A DNA stretch of 64,000 bases from Verrucomicrobiota bacterium (GCA_023431185.1 JAEYXS010000055.1:3973-67972), one strand, 5' to 3'. Shown: positions 1 through 10,389, numbered from the stretch's first letter. Notes: generated from the letters alone by a model not told the origin. Made by a program: numbers and translations.

Positions 1-1719
1 CAGCGCATGGCTATGACCATGATGCGCAATAAAACAAATGCCAAAACACGGGAGCACAATTTAGAAATATCCCGGCAAGAAGCCACTGACTGGATTAAAC
101 TGACTCTTCCGTTTTGCGATAACCCAGAAATCAGATCCGCACCTCCAAAGGATGTTTTAAATTATTTAATTGAACGCACGGGTTTATTGCGGGAACCGGG
201 CAAAGACTATGTGGATTTCCCTCACAGGAGTTTCCAAGAGTATTTGGCAGCTTGCGCATTTGGCGCGGCAAATGAAGCCGGAGATCTCGTTAATCATGTA
301 TCGAATGATCAATGGCATGAGACCATTATCCTCTCCGCAGGCACAAAAACTGGTGGAGTACCATTTGGAAACTCACTAATCCAGAAGCTTCTCGATACAG
401 CAGAGGCGCCCGGTTGCTTGCCTCATATCCGTCAGCAATGCTTTGCGTTGGCTGTGGCTTGCTTAGAGACTGCTAGGCAGGTATCTCCACATCTTAAAGA
501 GCGCGCTTATGCGCATCTCTCAGAAATTGTTCCTCCAAAAGATTTTACAGAGGCCAGAAATGTTTCTGCAGCAGGTGAATCAATTCTGAAATACTTAACC
601 TACAAAGAATGGAAAGGGGAAGGCGTCGAGGTTGTCGCATCATGTGTTCATGCGATTAGGTTGATAGGCACACAGAAAGCACGGGCACTCCTTCTTGGCA
701 AGAAGGGCTACTGTAATGATCGGAGGGCGTTAGTCATGTGTGAAATTATAAAGTCTTCCTTAGTGAAGCCTTTAGAAATTGGCAGAATATCACGCTATAT
801 ACTAGATGCCGATTACTCACCGTTACCCAACTCAGTTAAAGCCGAGATTCGCCATCTCGAACCGATTAACGTATTGACTGATGCCGAACGCATCAATTTG
901 GATGGAATGATTAATCTACAATCGATTGCAACTTTATCTCAATTAAACAAGTTAAACAGCATCTCTTTAACTGATTGCCATTCACTCTCCGATTTAAACA
1001 CCATTGCCGAGTTTGCAAATCTGCAATCTTTAAGAATCTCAGATGTTTATTATCGCGAGCAAAACTACTCTTTTTTCTCAGACTGCAAGCATTTGGAGCG
1101 AGCAATTGTTTTAAATCGTTTTAATTCAAACATTATCAATGATATTTTAGCCGCTAAGCAGCTTAACTCTTTGGAATTAGTATACCCACGCGATAAATTG
1201 AACATTCAGCTGTTTAATTCGTCAGCTGTTAATGATTTGACAATATCATTTAGCGGGGCCATGCCCAACCTGTCTCAACTAACTAAGATTGAATCCTTTT
1301 GCGTCGAAGCTCCAGGGAATTCCACCATTGATGGCTTAATCCCAGAAAACTGTCGCAAGTTGAGTTTGCGTTTTTGCACAAGCATAACCGATATACCGTT
1401 TACTGATTCCGTGGAGGATTTAAAAATTGCATACTGCACAAGCATCAAGAGTCTTTCCTCCCTGAAGCGGTTCAAACAACTTAAAAGGCTTGAAATCAGA
1501 GATTTGCTAGTCCAATCGTTCGATGATATTTTTGAGATTGATTCATTGGAACAACTTACCGTTAAGCACTGCACTAGATCAGCAATGTTTCCTTCCATCA
1601 AAATACCCGACAGGATAACAAAAATAGTTTTTAGCATACAGGACTTTGATCGTGATTTCTACAGACAATATTTTAAAATTACCCCAATTGGCTATAAGAC
1701 CTTCGCTTTGGAAAGGTAA
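1..1719 (+). CDS. NACHT-type STAND NTPase, C-terminal part with leucine-rich repeats (5' end outside the window)
   Basis: The reading frame is open to position 1. The motif LIERTGLLREPGKDYVDFPHRSFQEYLAACAF is typical of the helical region that follows NACHT NTPase domains. The C-terminal ~250 aa consist of LxxLxL-type repeats (LNSISLTDCHSLSDLNTIAEFANLQSLRISD, LKIAYCTSIKSLSSLKRFKQLKRLEIRDL). The gene is visibly more AT-rich than the neighbouring genes. Confidence 0.7.
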   Translation, partial: QRMAMTMMRNKTNAKTREHNLEISRQEATDWIKLTLPFCDNPEIRSAPPKDVLNYLIERTGLLREPGKDYVDFPHRSFQEYLAACAFGAANEAGDLVNHVSNDQWHETIILSAGTKTGGVPFGNSLIQKLLDTAEAPGCLPHIRQQCFALAVACLETARQVSPHLKERAYAHLSEIVPPKDFTEARNVSAAGESILKYLTYKEWKGEGVEVVASCVHAIRLIGTQKARALLLGKKGYCNDRRALVMCEIIKSSLVKPLEIGRISRYILDADYSPLPNSVKAEIRHLEPINVLTDAERINLDGMINLQSIATLSQLNKLNSISLTDCHSLSDLNTIAEFANLQSLRISDVYYREQNYSFFSDCKHLERAIVLNRFNSNIINDILAAKQLNSLELVYPRDKLNIQLFNSSAVNDLTISFSGAMPNLSQLTKIESFCVEAPGNSTIDGLIPENCRKLSLRFCTSITDIPFTDSVEDLKIAYCTSIKSLSSLKRFKQLKRLEIRDLLVQSFDDIFEIDSLEQLTVKHCTRSAMFPSIKIPDRITKIVFSIQDFDRDFYRQYFKITPIGYKTFALER

Positions 1720-2177
1720 AGTTTTTGTTACTGAATCTAAAGCCTCTCTGGCCGCTAGGAAGTTATCCGCGTGTCTGTTAAGAAATGATGGTTAGTTGTT
1801 CTGTTTACCACATTCGCAAGGATACTTGGAACCATCTAGGGGTGTGCTGAAGGACCGGATGCCGAAGGGTAACCGGCTCCTCTCCCAGATCCGAGCTGAT
1901 GGGGCAGAGCTGGGCATTTTTCGTTTAGTGACTGGCGAACAGGACAACAGGAGGGATCGGCGGAGTCACGCTGAAGAGTCTGAACAGAAGGCCACTTTGA
2001 GGGAATGATGAAAGGTGATACGTTAAAAGGTTAAAGCCGTTAAATGGTGAATCGTTTCACGTTGTAACGATTTAGCGATTTTAACGGAAAGCAACGTATT
2101 TCACTACGGTTCAAAGGCTTGCAATGGGGTGTTGCGCGTAGGGGAGGTGTCGAGTAGTGTAGCGGTCCATTTGATTT

Positions 2178-3551
2178 ATGACGTTGACTGAAAAGCTGCT
2201 CGCCCGCGCCGCCGGTAAAGCCTCCGTGCAGGCGGGTGACAATATCTGGGTGAAGGCGGATGTCCTCATGACGCACGATGTGTGCGGCCCGGGGACCATC
2301 GGCGTGTTCAAACGTGAATTCGGCAAGGATGCCAAGGTCTGGGACCGCGAACGCGTGGTCATCATCCCGGATCACTACATCTTCACCTCGGATTCCAAGT
2401 CCAACCGCAACGTGGACATCCTCCGCGAGTTCTCCAAGGCGCAGGGATTGCCTTACTTCTACGACGTGATCGATGACCCGGATGGCGAATGGAAGTTCGA
2501 CGCCGCGAAGGGGAACTTGAAGCGCCAGTACGGCAGCCAATACGCAGGCGTTTGCCACGCGGCGCTGCCGGCCAAGGGTCATACGCGTCCGGGCGAAGTG
2601 CTGTTCGGCACGGATTCGCACACGTGCATGGCGGGTGCCTTCAATGAGTTCGCGACGGGCATCGGCAACACGGACGCTGGGTTCGTGATGGGCACGGGCC
2701 GTCTGCTGATCAAGGTGCCGGAGACGATGCATTTCCGCCTGGAAGGCAAGATGCAGCCGGGCGTAATGGCGAAGGACATCATCTTGCACGTGATCGGCGA
2801 GATCGGTTTCGACGGCGCGACGTATCGCGCGATGCAATTCGATGGACCGGGCGTGGACAGCCTCTCGATGGATGACCGCATGACGATCGCGAACATGGCG
2901 ATCGAGGCCGGTGGCAAGAACGCGATCTTCCCGTTCGACGCGCGCACGGCGGAGTACGTGGATGCGCGCACGAACTTGAACGGCACGAAGCAGCGTTACG
3001 ATCCAGTCGAAGCGGACAAGGACCAGAAGTTCGTTTACGAACTGACGGTGGACTTGAGCAAGCTGGAGCCGACGGTGGCGTGCCATCCTGATCCGGGCCA
3101 ACGCAAGAAGGCGAAGGAGATGGATATGAAGCTGGACCGCGCGTATGTGGGGTCCTGCACGGGCGGCAAGACGAGCGATTTCGTGGAGTTCGCCCGCGTG
3201 TTGCGCGGTCACAAGGTGAGCATCGATACGTTCGGTGTGCCCGCCACGCCGGACATCGTGCACGAGCTGCAGACGACGCGTTGGGGCGGCAAGACGATCT
3301 GGAACATCCTGGTGGACGCGGGTGTGCGCATGACGGAGAACGCCGGTTGCGCCGCGTGTCTGGGCGGTCCGGTGGATACGTTCGGCCGCATCAACCAGGC
3401 GGGCCTCAAGTGCATCAGCGCCACGAACCGCAACTTCCCCGGTCGCATGGGCGACAAGGAATCGCAAGTGTTCCTGGCCAGCCCCGCGACGGTCGCCGCA
3501 AGCGCCATCGCCGGCCGGATCACCGATCCGCGCGAGTATCTCACGAACTGA
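2178..3551 (+). CDS. leuC: Aconitase-family dehydratase large subunit (3-isopropylmalate dehydratase/homoaconitase LeuC type)
   Basis: A 457-aa ORF. The N-terminus MTLTEKLL..AGD.IWVKADVLMTHDV.GP and the Fe-S ligand region GSCTGG...AACLGGP are typical of archaeal-type LeuC/HacA. No small subunit lies adjacent, so substrate assignment is at family level only. Confidence 0.75.
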   Translation: MTLTEKLLARAAGKASVQAGDNIWVKADVLMTHDVCGPGTIGVFKREFGKDAKVWDRERVVIIPDHYIFTSDSKSNRNVDILREFSKAQGLPYFYDVIDDPDGEWKFDAAKGNLKRQYGSQYAGVCHAALPAKGHTRPGEVLFGTDSHTCMAGAFNEFATGIGNTDAGFVMGTGRLLIKVPETMHFRLEGKMQPGVMAKDIILHVIGEIGFDGATYRAMQFDGPGVDSLSMDDRMTIANMAIEAGGKNAIFPFDARTAEYVDARTNLNGTKQRYDPVEADKDQKFVYELTVDLSKLEPTVACHPDPGQRKKAKEMDMKLDRAYVGSCTGGKTSDFVEFARVLRGHKVSIDTFGVPATPDIVHELQTTRWGGKTIWNILVDAGVRMTENAGCAACLGGPVDTFGRINQAGLKCISATNRNFPGRMGDKESQVFLASPATVAASAIAGRITDPREYLTN

Positions 3552-3566
3552 GTGGAACGAACCTTA

Positions 3567-3616
3567 CCTCTCCCTCGCCCCTCGGAGGGGAGAGGGTCGG
3601 GGTGAGGGGTGCCCCA
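3567..3616 (+). repeat. REP-like element: imperfect hairpin followed by GGTGAGGGGTGCCCCA
   Basis: The sequence is cctctccctcgcccctcggaggggagagggtcggggtgaggggtgcccca. A second copy with the same architecture and tail lies at 11645-11709. Confidence 0.7.
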
Positions 3617-3628
3617 ATAATTCAGCAT

Positions 3629-3662
3629 ATCCCGCGCTGGTAACGGCGCGGGATTTTTGTTT
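3629..3662 (+). terminator. Rho-independent terminator downstream of leuC
   Basis: A 9-bp stem atcccgcgc/gcgcgggat with an 8-nt loop, followed by a TTTTTGTTT run. Confidence 0.6.
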
Positions 3663-3797
3663 CCCTAGACTGGTTGGGCATGCCGCTTGCCCCGACATAT
3701 GTGTCGGGGCTCCGCCGTTGCATCCCTCACTCAACGCCGATGACGAACAAGAACTCGAGAAACATTTCAATGCCCTCGGCAATACCAAGCCCCCTTT

Positions 3798-3869
3798 CCA
3801 TCTGCGTTAATCTGCGCCCATCTGCGGTTAACTCTTGTTTCCGTGCATTCAGCGTATTCTGTGGTTAAC
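3798..3869 (+). repeat. Tandem ATCTG(C/T)G array ending in GGTTAA (intergenic repeat family, copy a)
   Basis: The sequence is ccATCTGCGttaATCTGCGcccATCTGCGGTTAAc plus attctgtggttaac. Related arrays lie at 12671-12707, 14083-14121, 15413-15450, 19089-19126 and, inverted, 49942-49978. Confidence 0.75.
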
Positions 3870-3888
3870 TCAAAATCACCTTAATCGC

Positions 3889-4341
3889 ATGCACCACACC
3901 CTCGCCGACATAATCCCCTACCTCCAGATGGCCATCGGCCCCGTGATCCTCATCTCCGGCGTCGGCATGCTCCTCCTCACGATGACCAATCGCTTCGGCC
4001 GCGTCATCGATCGATCGCGCATCCTCGCCCGAGAATCCGGCAACACCCCGCTGGAGAAACAAGCCGCCCTGCACGAGCAAGTCGCCATCCTCTACCGCCG
4101 CGCGAAACTCCTCCGCCTCGCCATCGGTCTGGCCTCCGGCGCCGCGCTGCTCGCCGGGTTGCTCATCATCTGCCTCTTCCTCGGCGCGTTGCTGGAGATC
4201 AAAGTCGTCTTCGCCGTGGAACTCCTCTTCGGCGGCAGCATGGTCTTCCTCATCGCCTCCCTCATCGTCTTCCTGCAAGACATCAACCTCTCCCTCCACG
4301 CCCTCACCCTCGAACTCAAAAGCAACAAACTCCTCGAATAG
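3889..4341 (+). CDS. DUF2721-family membrane protein
   Basis: The N-terminus MHHTLADIIPYLQMAIGPVILISGVGMLLLTMTNRFGRVIDRSR matches the conserved DUF2721 opening, and there are two C-terminal TM helices. The start was chosen at the second ATG because the first overlaps the repeat array. Confidence 0.7.
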   Translation: MHHTLADIIPYLQMAIGPVILISGVGMLLLTMTNRFGRVIDRSRILARESGNTPLEKQAALHEQVAILYRRAKLLRLAIGLASGAALLAGLLIICLFLGALLEIKVVFAVELLFGGSMVFLIASLIVFLQDINLSLHALTLELKSNKLLE

Positions 4342-4427
4342 TGGAGCGCGGGACTGTGTCCCGCAGGAATATCCGCATGCTGAAAACGCGACGAATTATT
4401 TCACGGCACTCCCCTTCTTTCACATAG

Positions 4428-4446
4428 GCCCGCCGGTGCAACCGGC
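4428..4446. repeat. GCCCGCCGGTGCAACCGGC hairpin (GCCGGT-GCA-ACCGGC), copy 1
   Basis: A perfect 6-bp stem with a 3-nt loop, immediately downstream of the minus-strand DUF1501 stop. The same sequence occurs at 14132-14150 and a variant at 10202-10220, each at or overlapping a minus-strand stop codon. Confidence 0.7.
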
Positions 4447-4452
4447 CTGTGG

Positions 4453-5877
4453 TTAAGAAATAATCTCCTTCACCACATGCCCATGCACATCCGTTAACCT
4501 GAAATCCCTCCCCCCGAACCGGTACGTCAACCGCTCATGATCCATCCCCAGCAGATGCAGCACCGTCGCATAGAGATCATAGATCTCCAATTTGTTCTCC
4601 ACCGCATAATACCCCAGATCATCCGTCGCACCATACACCGTCCCGCCCTTGATGCCACCACCCGCCATCCACAAGCTGAACCCGAACGGATTATGATCCC
4701 GCCCATCGCTCCCCTGTGAGAACGGCGTACGACCGAACTCGCCTGAGAACAGGATCAACGTCTCCTCCAGCATCCCCCGCGCCTTCAGATCACGGATCAA
4801 CGCCGCGATCGGCTGATCCACCTGCCGCGCCATCGCGCCGTGTCCTTCCAGAATCTTCCCGTGCTGATCCCACGGATTCGGCCCATTGCCCGCGCCCACA
4901 CCGGCATTCAAGCAACTCAACTCCACGAACCGCACCCCGCGCTCGATCAATCGCCGCGCCACCAGACACTGCTTCCCATAACCCGCCACCAGTTTGTCCG
5001 GTGATTCCAGCCCATACATCCGCTTCGTCGCTTCCGTCTCGCCGCTCAGATCGCACAACTCCGGCACCGCCGCCTGCATGCGATACGCCGTCTCATAATT
5101 CCGGATCGCCGCCTCCACCGCCGCATCGCCTGACGATTGCGCGAACTTCTCATCCATCGACTTGATGAATCCCAATCGCTGCCGTTGCTGTCCATCCGTC
5201 TCCTTCGGCTTGATGTTGGCCAGCGCCGGATTTTCATCCACGCGGATGATGCTCGCCTGATGCTGCGCGGGCAGATACCCGTTGCTGAACAACCCCACGC
5301 CACCATGCGGCACAGTCGCTCCTCCGCTCTGCAACACAACGAACCCCGGTAAGTTCTGATTCTCACTCCCCAGTCCATACGCCACCCACGCCCCCGCGCT
5401 TGGATGCCCCATGAATGGAAACCCCGTGTGAAAGAAATAATTCCCCTGCGCGTGCTCGTTCACCTTGCTCGTCATCGAACGGACCACTGCCAGTTCATCC
5501 GCCAGCTCCGCGATGTTCGGGAACAGATCCGTCATCACGATGCCGCTCTGCCCGCGCGCCTTCGCCGCCCACGGACTTTGCATGATGTTCCCGTTGTTGT
5601 TGAACATCGTCGGCTTCACCGGCACCGGCATCGGCTGCCCATGCCGCTTGATCAACTCCGGCTTCGGATCGAACGAATCCACATGCGAGACCCCGCCGCT
5701 CATGTAACACAGGATGACATTCTTCGCCTTCGCCCGATAATGCGGCGCGTTCACTCCATTCGACGCAAACGCCTTGTCCGCCAGCAACGAACTCAGCGCC
5801 AGCGAACCAAACCCCAGCGAACAACGTCGCAGCATATCGCGCCGTGAGATTGCAGTGTGAAACATGCCTTTCATCAT
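4453..5877 (-). CDS. DUF1501 domain protein (sulfatase-like, Tat signal)
   Basis: The N-terminus is [33 protein letters not shown], a twin-arginine-type signal. The body is typical of DUF1501. The start lies 12 nt after the stop of the upstream PSD gene, which is the canonical PSCyt/PSD-DUF1501 pair. Confidence 0.85.
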   Translation of the reverse strand: MMKGMFHTAISRRDMLRRCSLGFGSLALSSLLADKAFASNGVNAPHYRAKAKNVILCYMSGGVSHVDSFDPKPELIKRHGQPMPVPVKPTMFNNNGNIMQSPWAAKARGQSGIVMTDLFPNIAELADELAVVRSMTSKVNEHAQGNYFFHTGFPFMGHPSAGAWVAYGLGSENQNLPGFVVLQSGGATVPHGGVGLFSNGYLPAQHQASIIRVDENPALANIKPKETDGQQRQRLGFIKSMDEKFAQSSGDAAVEAAIRNYETAYRMQAAVPELCDLSGETEATKRMYGLESPDKLVAGYGKQCLVARRLIERGVRFVELSCLNAGVGAGNGPNPWDQHGKILEGHGAMARQVDQPIAALIRDLKARGMLEETLILFSGEFGRTPFSQGSDGRDHNPFGFSLWMAGGGIKGGTVYGATDDLGYYAVENKLEIYDLYATVLHLLGMDHERLTYRFGGRDFRLTDVHGHVVKEIIS

Positions 5878-5888
5878 AACACCTTTCC

Positions 5889-8800
5889 TCAACGCACGTA
5901 GATAAATTCCTTCAGGTTGAACAACGACTGCGCGAAGTCCTGCCACACCGCCTCGCTCTTCAATCGTTCCGCCGCAGGCACATTTTGTTCTGTGCCCAAC
6001 TGCACCAGATATTCGCGGCACTGCTGCACTTCTTGCTCCGAAGGCGTCCGCGCAAACGCCATCACGAACATGCGCTGGATGCGCTCATCCTCCGGCTCCC
6101 CACGCTGTATCATCGCACGCGCCCAGTCCCGCGCCAGCCCGATCACAAACGGATCGTTCAGCAACGCCAGCGATTGCGCCGGCACATTAGTCGTATCGCG
6201 ACGCCCCAGCGTCGTGAACGGCTTAGGCGCATCGAACACTTCCAGGAAGGGATTCAGGTTGTTGCGCCGGATCACCAGATACACGCTGCGCCGTGGCGCA
6301 TTGTTCCCCACCGGTACACCGAATTGCTTCGCCTCCAGTTTGCCCGCCACTGCCAGCAACGAATCACGGATATTCTCCGCATCGATCCGTCGCACGCGTG
6401 CATGCGAGAGCAAGTCATTCGCCGCATCTACCTGCTTCGCCTTCTCCGATGCCTCGCTGCTCTGTTGCCACGTCTGCGTAAGCAGGAGCGCCTTAACCAT
6501 CTTCTTCGTGGACCAACCCTCGCGCACCAGTTGCAGCGCCAGATGATCCAGCAGTTCCGGATGCGTCGGTTGTTCGCCCAAGCGTCCAAAATTGTCCACC
6601 GTTCCCACGATCCCTTTGCCGAACAGGTGATACCAGATGCGATTCGCCATCACTCGCGCCGTGAGCGGATTCTTCGCATCCGCGATCGACTCCGCGAGTT
6701 GCAAGCGTCCGCTCGGTGCCACTTCCGCTGCCTGTTTGCCCAGACCGAACTCCGCCTTGCCCAGCACCTGCAAGAACCCACGTGGCACCGCCTCACCTGG
6801 CTTTAGATGATCCCCACGCGGCATGAAGGGCGCATCCAACCCCACCGCCTCAATGACACCCGGTGCTCTCCGCGCCACCGGCACCTCACCCTCCAGCTTG
6901 CGATACTGCGCCACCAACTCACTTGCGCGTCCGCCTAACTTCTCCACCTCATTCGGCAGCAATCCACGCCGCACGAAATAATCCAGCAACGCCCGTTGCG
7001 GCTCCGTCATGACCCCGCTCTTCCATGCTCCGATCGCTCTCGTCAAAGTCGCTTGATAATTCTTCAGCAACGCCTCCGCATCCTTCGGCACCGCCGCTTC
7101 ACTCAAGGCCAACGCAGACATCACCTCATCCTTCGGGACTTCCTTCGCGTTATGAAACACCACCTTCTCCACCCCGAACCACGAACGCCCGTTCACCACG
7201 GAATCTTTCGGGGCGAGCGGCCTAGTCAGGTCCTCATACGTGCCAAATTCCAGATACGCCCACGAGCCCTTGCGATACGCCGTATCGATCTGCACCCAAC
7301 CGGGCTCATCCTTCACCAGCACCGCCTTCGGATAGATCGGGTTCATTGGCAGCGGATAATTATCCACGATCACGCGCACCATCGCCCCGCCTCCGCCCAA
7401 GGCCTTCACACTGATATAATCTGTCTCGATCTTGAAGCGCGGCGAGGTGAACAACGCCCCATGCTTTTGCGTGAGCAGATGCGAATAAACGCCTGACGAA
7501 TAAATTCCCCCCACCGTTTTTTCACCCGTCGCTTCCAATTCAAACTCTCCCTGCTTCGTCACACTCGCAGGCAAGTTCTGCCCTTCCCGAAACCACTGCG
7601 CATCATCACCAGCCGCCAAATCCCACTTCACTGAAAAGCTTTTTGCGTTCGTTTCCTTTCGCGCACCCAGCTCGCTCTTCTGCCTCTCTATCCATGCGCT
7701 CCATTTCTCCGCGAGCGCCTGCTCATCCAAGCCATTGAACTTCACCCAAGCATGTAGCGGATTGAATTCATTACGTCCCGCATCATCAAAAGCCCCTCTT
7801 ACATCCGCCAGCTTCGCCGACTCTGCCGCCTGCTGTTGTTTCAATGCAGCCAATCGCTTCGAGTCTGCTTCATATGCCGCCTTCTCTGCCGGCTTCATCG
7901 CCGCCAACATCTCCGCATCACCAACACCACCCGGCCCCGCCGTAAAACTCGCCGCCACTTCGCTCGTCGTCAGCGCGCGATCATACACCCGCGCCTCTTC
8001 GATCTCTCCTTTCAAGAAAGCACTTCCACCACCCGTATGCCTGCGCCCCAGCAACACATGCGCTTTCCCCGCCTCAAACGTCGCTAACTCCGACTGTCTT
8101 TCCGCTAACGTGTAAGACGAACCATACGGCACCCCATTGCGATAAAACGTGATACGCCCATCCGCCGAATAAGTTAGCGCCACATGCACCACTTCATCAG
8201 GTTTCGCTGTCTCGGCGATACCGCCCAAGGTCATCGAACGTTTGAAATTATCACTGCCCGGCACCCAGTTGCGGCTTTCCTTCTCCGCGTACACGATCGC
8301 ATCGAACACGCGTCCGCCGATGCTCTCCGTCGTCACCACACCGCCCGCCCGCTGCTCCAGATTGCTGAGATACACCCACGCTTCCATCGTCTTCTCACGC
8401 AGGTCCTGCTTCAGTGGCACACTCTCCATGAACGCCTCCGCACCATTCAGCACCAGCCGCCCATCCTTGATGACCGCACCACCACGCAACTCACCGTTTA
8501 AGTTGCCCCTCGCATCCTTCGCGTCCCCATCAAAAGTCCATTGTGCCAACGGCTGCACCAACATAGCTGCGGCTGCATTCTTTCCTCGCGACTCCAAAAC
8601 CCTTGCACGCGCCACCGCTTCCAGCCCGCTCACCTTCTGCTCCAGCTCCTTCAACTTCGCTGGCACCGCTTGCACCCAGCCGTTCTGATTCTGCTTCAAC
8701 TTGGCAGGCAATTCCTCCGCCACATACTTCGTCCACCGATCCGCCAGTGCTGACTTTATCTGTCCTTTGAGCGCCGCCAGCTCCACCTTGTTCTTATTCA

Positions 8801-10001
8801 GCACTTCGGGCGCATCCACCATCACCTGGGCCGGACGCGAACTCGCCAGCACACCATACATCGCGTAGAAATCCTTCTGGCTCACCGGATCAAACTTGTG
8901 ATCGTGACACCGCGCACAGGACACCGTCAGTCCTTGGAACGCCTTCGTCACCACGTCGATCTGGTTGTCCACCGTCTTCACCTGCTCATCCAGCGTGTCG
9001 ATCGGCTGAAACCCATGCTCATTCAACCGCAGACTCGCGATACCGATGCGCGATTCATTCAAACCCTCTGCCGCATTGATACGCGGCTGCGCCAATAGAT
9101 CGCCCGCGATGTGTTCCTTGATAAGCTGGTCGATGGGCACATCCGCATTCAGCGCGCGGATGAGATAATCCCGATACCGCCACGCCTCGCGGATCTCCGG
9201 ATCACCCTCACTCCCATGCGTCTCCGCATAGCGCATCAGGTCCATCCAATGCCGCGCCCACTGCTCGCCGAAAGCGGGCGACGCCAGCAAGCGGTCCACC
9301 ACCTTCTCAAACGCTTTTGGCGAAGTATCCGCAAGAAACGCGCTCACCTCTTCCGGCGTCGGCGGCAATCCTGTCAGCACAAACGTCGCGCGCCGGATCA
9401 ACGTCCGCTTGTCCGCCGGCTTCGCCGGTGCCAATCCCTTTTCCTCCAGCTTCGCCAGAATGAACTTGTCCACCGGCTCGCTCGACCACTTAGCATCCTT
9501 CACCTTCGGCACGGAAGGTTCTTTCACCGGCTGAAAACTCCACCACTGCTTGCGCACTGCCAAAACCTCATCCCACGAACCTGCCGTCGCCTGCTCGCTC
9601 GGCGGATGGTCTCGCGGATCGGGCGCTCCCTTGTTCACCCACGCGATGAGATCTTCGATCGCCGCATCGCTAAGCTTCGCCCGCTTCTTCGGCATCTTCA
9701 GCTCGCTATGCGTATGCTGGATGGCTTGGATCAGCAGGCTTTCCTTTGCTTTCCCCGGGATGATGACCGGTCCCGATTCTCCGCCCTTCATCCACCCATC
9801 ACGATGATCCAGCCGCAACCCGCCCTTCGGCTTCTGCGCCCCGTGACATTCGTAGCACTCCGACACTAATATCGGTCGTATCTTCTTTTCGAAAAACTCG
9901 TTGTCCGCCGCGCTCACCGCTGCACCACAAACCGCAGGCCACACCGCCCCCATGACCACCAAGGCCGTCGCCACCATCGGCAATATCTTGCTCGTGCTCA
10001 T
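5889..10001 (-). CDS. PSCyt1/PSCyt2(DUF1549)/LamG/PSD1(DUF1553) domain protein
   Basis: A signal peptide is followed by [19 protein letters not shown] (planctomycete cytochrome c motif). Other motifs are [17 protein letters not shown] (DUF1549), a central LamG-like segment (KTMEAWVY...[10 protein letters not shown]) and [20 protein letters not shown] (DUF1553). The start was taken at MSTSKILP. Confidence 0.85.
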   Translation of the reverse strand: MSTSKILPMVATALVVMGAVWPAVCGAAVSAADNEFFEKKIRPILVSECYECHGAQKPKGGLRLDHRDGWMKGGESGPVIIPGKAKESLLIQAIQHTHSELKMPKKRAKLSDAAIEDLIAWVNKGAPDPRDHPPSEQATAGSWDEVLAVRKQWWSFQPVKEPSVPKVKDAKWSSEPVDKFILAKLEEKGLAPAKPADKRTLIRRATFVLTGLPPTPEEVSAFLADTSPKAFEKVVDRLLASPAFGEQWARHWMDLMRYAETHGSEGDPEIREAWRYRDYLIRALNADVPIDQLIKEHIAGDLLAQPRINAAEGLNESRIGIASLRLNEHGFQPIDTLDEQVKTVDNQIDVVTKAFQGLTVSCARCHDHKFDPVSQKDFYAMYGVLASSRPAQVMVDAPEVLNKNKVELAALKGQIKSALADRWTKYVAEELPAKLKQNQNGWVQAVPAKLKELEQKVSGLEAVARARVLESRGKNAAAAMLVQPLAQWTFDGDAKDARGNLNGELRGGAVIKDGRLVLNGAEAFMESVPLKQDLREKTMEAWVYLSNLEQRAGGVVTTESIGGRVFDAIVYAEKESRNWVPGSDNFKRSMTLGGIAETAKPDEVVHVALTYSADGRITFYRNGVPYGSSYTLAERQSELATFEAGKAHVLLGRRHTGGGSAFLKGEIEEARVYDRALTTSEVAASFTAGPGGVGDAEMLAAMKPAEKAAYEADSKRLAALKQQQAAESAKLADVRGAFDDAGRNEFNPLHAWVKFNGLDEQALAEKWSAWIERQKSELGARKETNAKSFSVKWDLAAGDDAQWFREGQNLPASVTKQGEFELEATGEKTVGGIYSSGVYSHLLTQKHGALFTSPRFKIETDYISVKALGGGGAMVRVIVDNYPLPMNPIYPKAVLVKDEPGWVQIDTAYRKGSWAYLEFGTYEDLTRPLAPKDSVVNGRSWFGVEKVVFHNAKEVPKDEVMSALALSEAAVPKDAEALLKNYQATLTRAIGAWKSGVMTEPQRALLDYFVRRGLLPNEVEKLGGRASELVAQYRKLEGEVPVARRAPGVIEAVGLDAPFMPRGDHLKPGEAVPRGFLQVLGKAEFGLGKQAAEVAPSGRLQLAESIADAKNPLTARVMANRIWYHLFGKGIVGTVDNFGRLGEQPTHPELLDHLALQLVREGWSTKKMVKALLLTQTWQQSSEASEKAKQVDAANDLLSHARVRRIDAENIRDSLLAVAGKLEAKQFGVPVGNNAPRRSVYLVIRRNNLNPFLEVFDAPKPFTTLGRRDTTNVPAQSLALLNDPFVIGLARDWARAMIQRGEPEDERIQRMFVMAFARTPSEQEVQQCREYLVQLGTEQNVPAAERLKSEAVWQDFAQSLFNLKEFIYVR

Positions 10002-10212
10002 TCCCCAAACATTTCCACCATCATACAGCCGCTCCACCTTCACACACGTAGTCTGCTGGCTTGAGCTGATGAGGTCGGTGTTCGTCCCCACTTTAGCCAG
10101 TCTCCACCACGGTGCCAGTTCATATCTTCCAACAAAGTATCGCCCCCGTTACCGTCGTCGTCCTCGCCCCCACCTGCGATCTCCGGCGCTGGGCTTGGCA
10201 GGCCCGCCGGTG

Positions 10213-10389
10213 CTACCGGTTCTTCATTCTGCGATCTTCCTTATGACTTTCTCCCGGGCAAGCTTGCTCCACCGCCCGCCGCATCTGGCCGAACCACCAG
10301 TTCGCCTGAGAGATCCGCCGATACCGCCGGGACACCGGCCGGCATCCTGCTGTTTCCATCTTCAACTCGCTTTGTTCTGTCAGTTTCAT
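10213..10389 (-). CDS. Small Arg-rich hypothetical protein (58 aa, RRYRRISQANWWFGQMRRAV motif)
   Basis: An ATG-initiated ORF whose TAG stop sits inside the 10202-10220 hairpin, as with two clear genes elsewhere in the window. There is no homology evidence. Confidence 0.3.
   Translation of the reverse strand: MKLTEQSELKMETAGCRPVSRRYRRISQANWWFGQMRRAVEQACPGESHKEDRRMKNR

Noticed and set aside
1720-2177. The 450-nt gap between the NACHT gene and leuC, including ORF 1796-2008, as a gene or a structured RNA (riboswitch, SRP, RNase P, tmRNA).
   Set aside because: I could not recognise any conserved cores of known RNA families, and the ORF has no protein-like features. It may hold the island border, but I have no positive evidence.
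2040-3467. Long antisense ORFs overlapping clear genes. Examples: 2040-3467(-) opposite leuC, 22431-23867(-) opposite gdhA, 45389-46894(-) opposite the PL8 gene, 28537-30036(+) opposite nirA, 14099-15436(+), 32380-33723(+), 33757-34734(+), 38304-39344(+), 43232-44299(+).
   Set aside because: These are typical shadow ORFs of high-GC genes. Their translations are Arg/His/Pro/Gly-rich with no recognisable motifs, while the opposite strand encodes well-recognised protein families.
3798-3869. The ATCTGYG tandem arrays (and those at 12555-12707) considered as CRISPR arrays.
   Set aside because: The repeat units are only 7-11 nt with no unique spacers of about 30 nt, there are only 3-4 units per locus, and no cas genes are present. 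They are not CRISPR.
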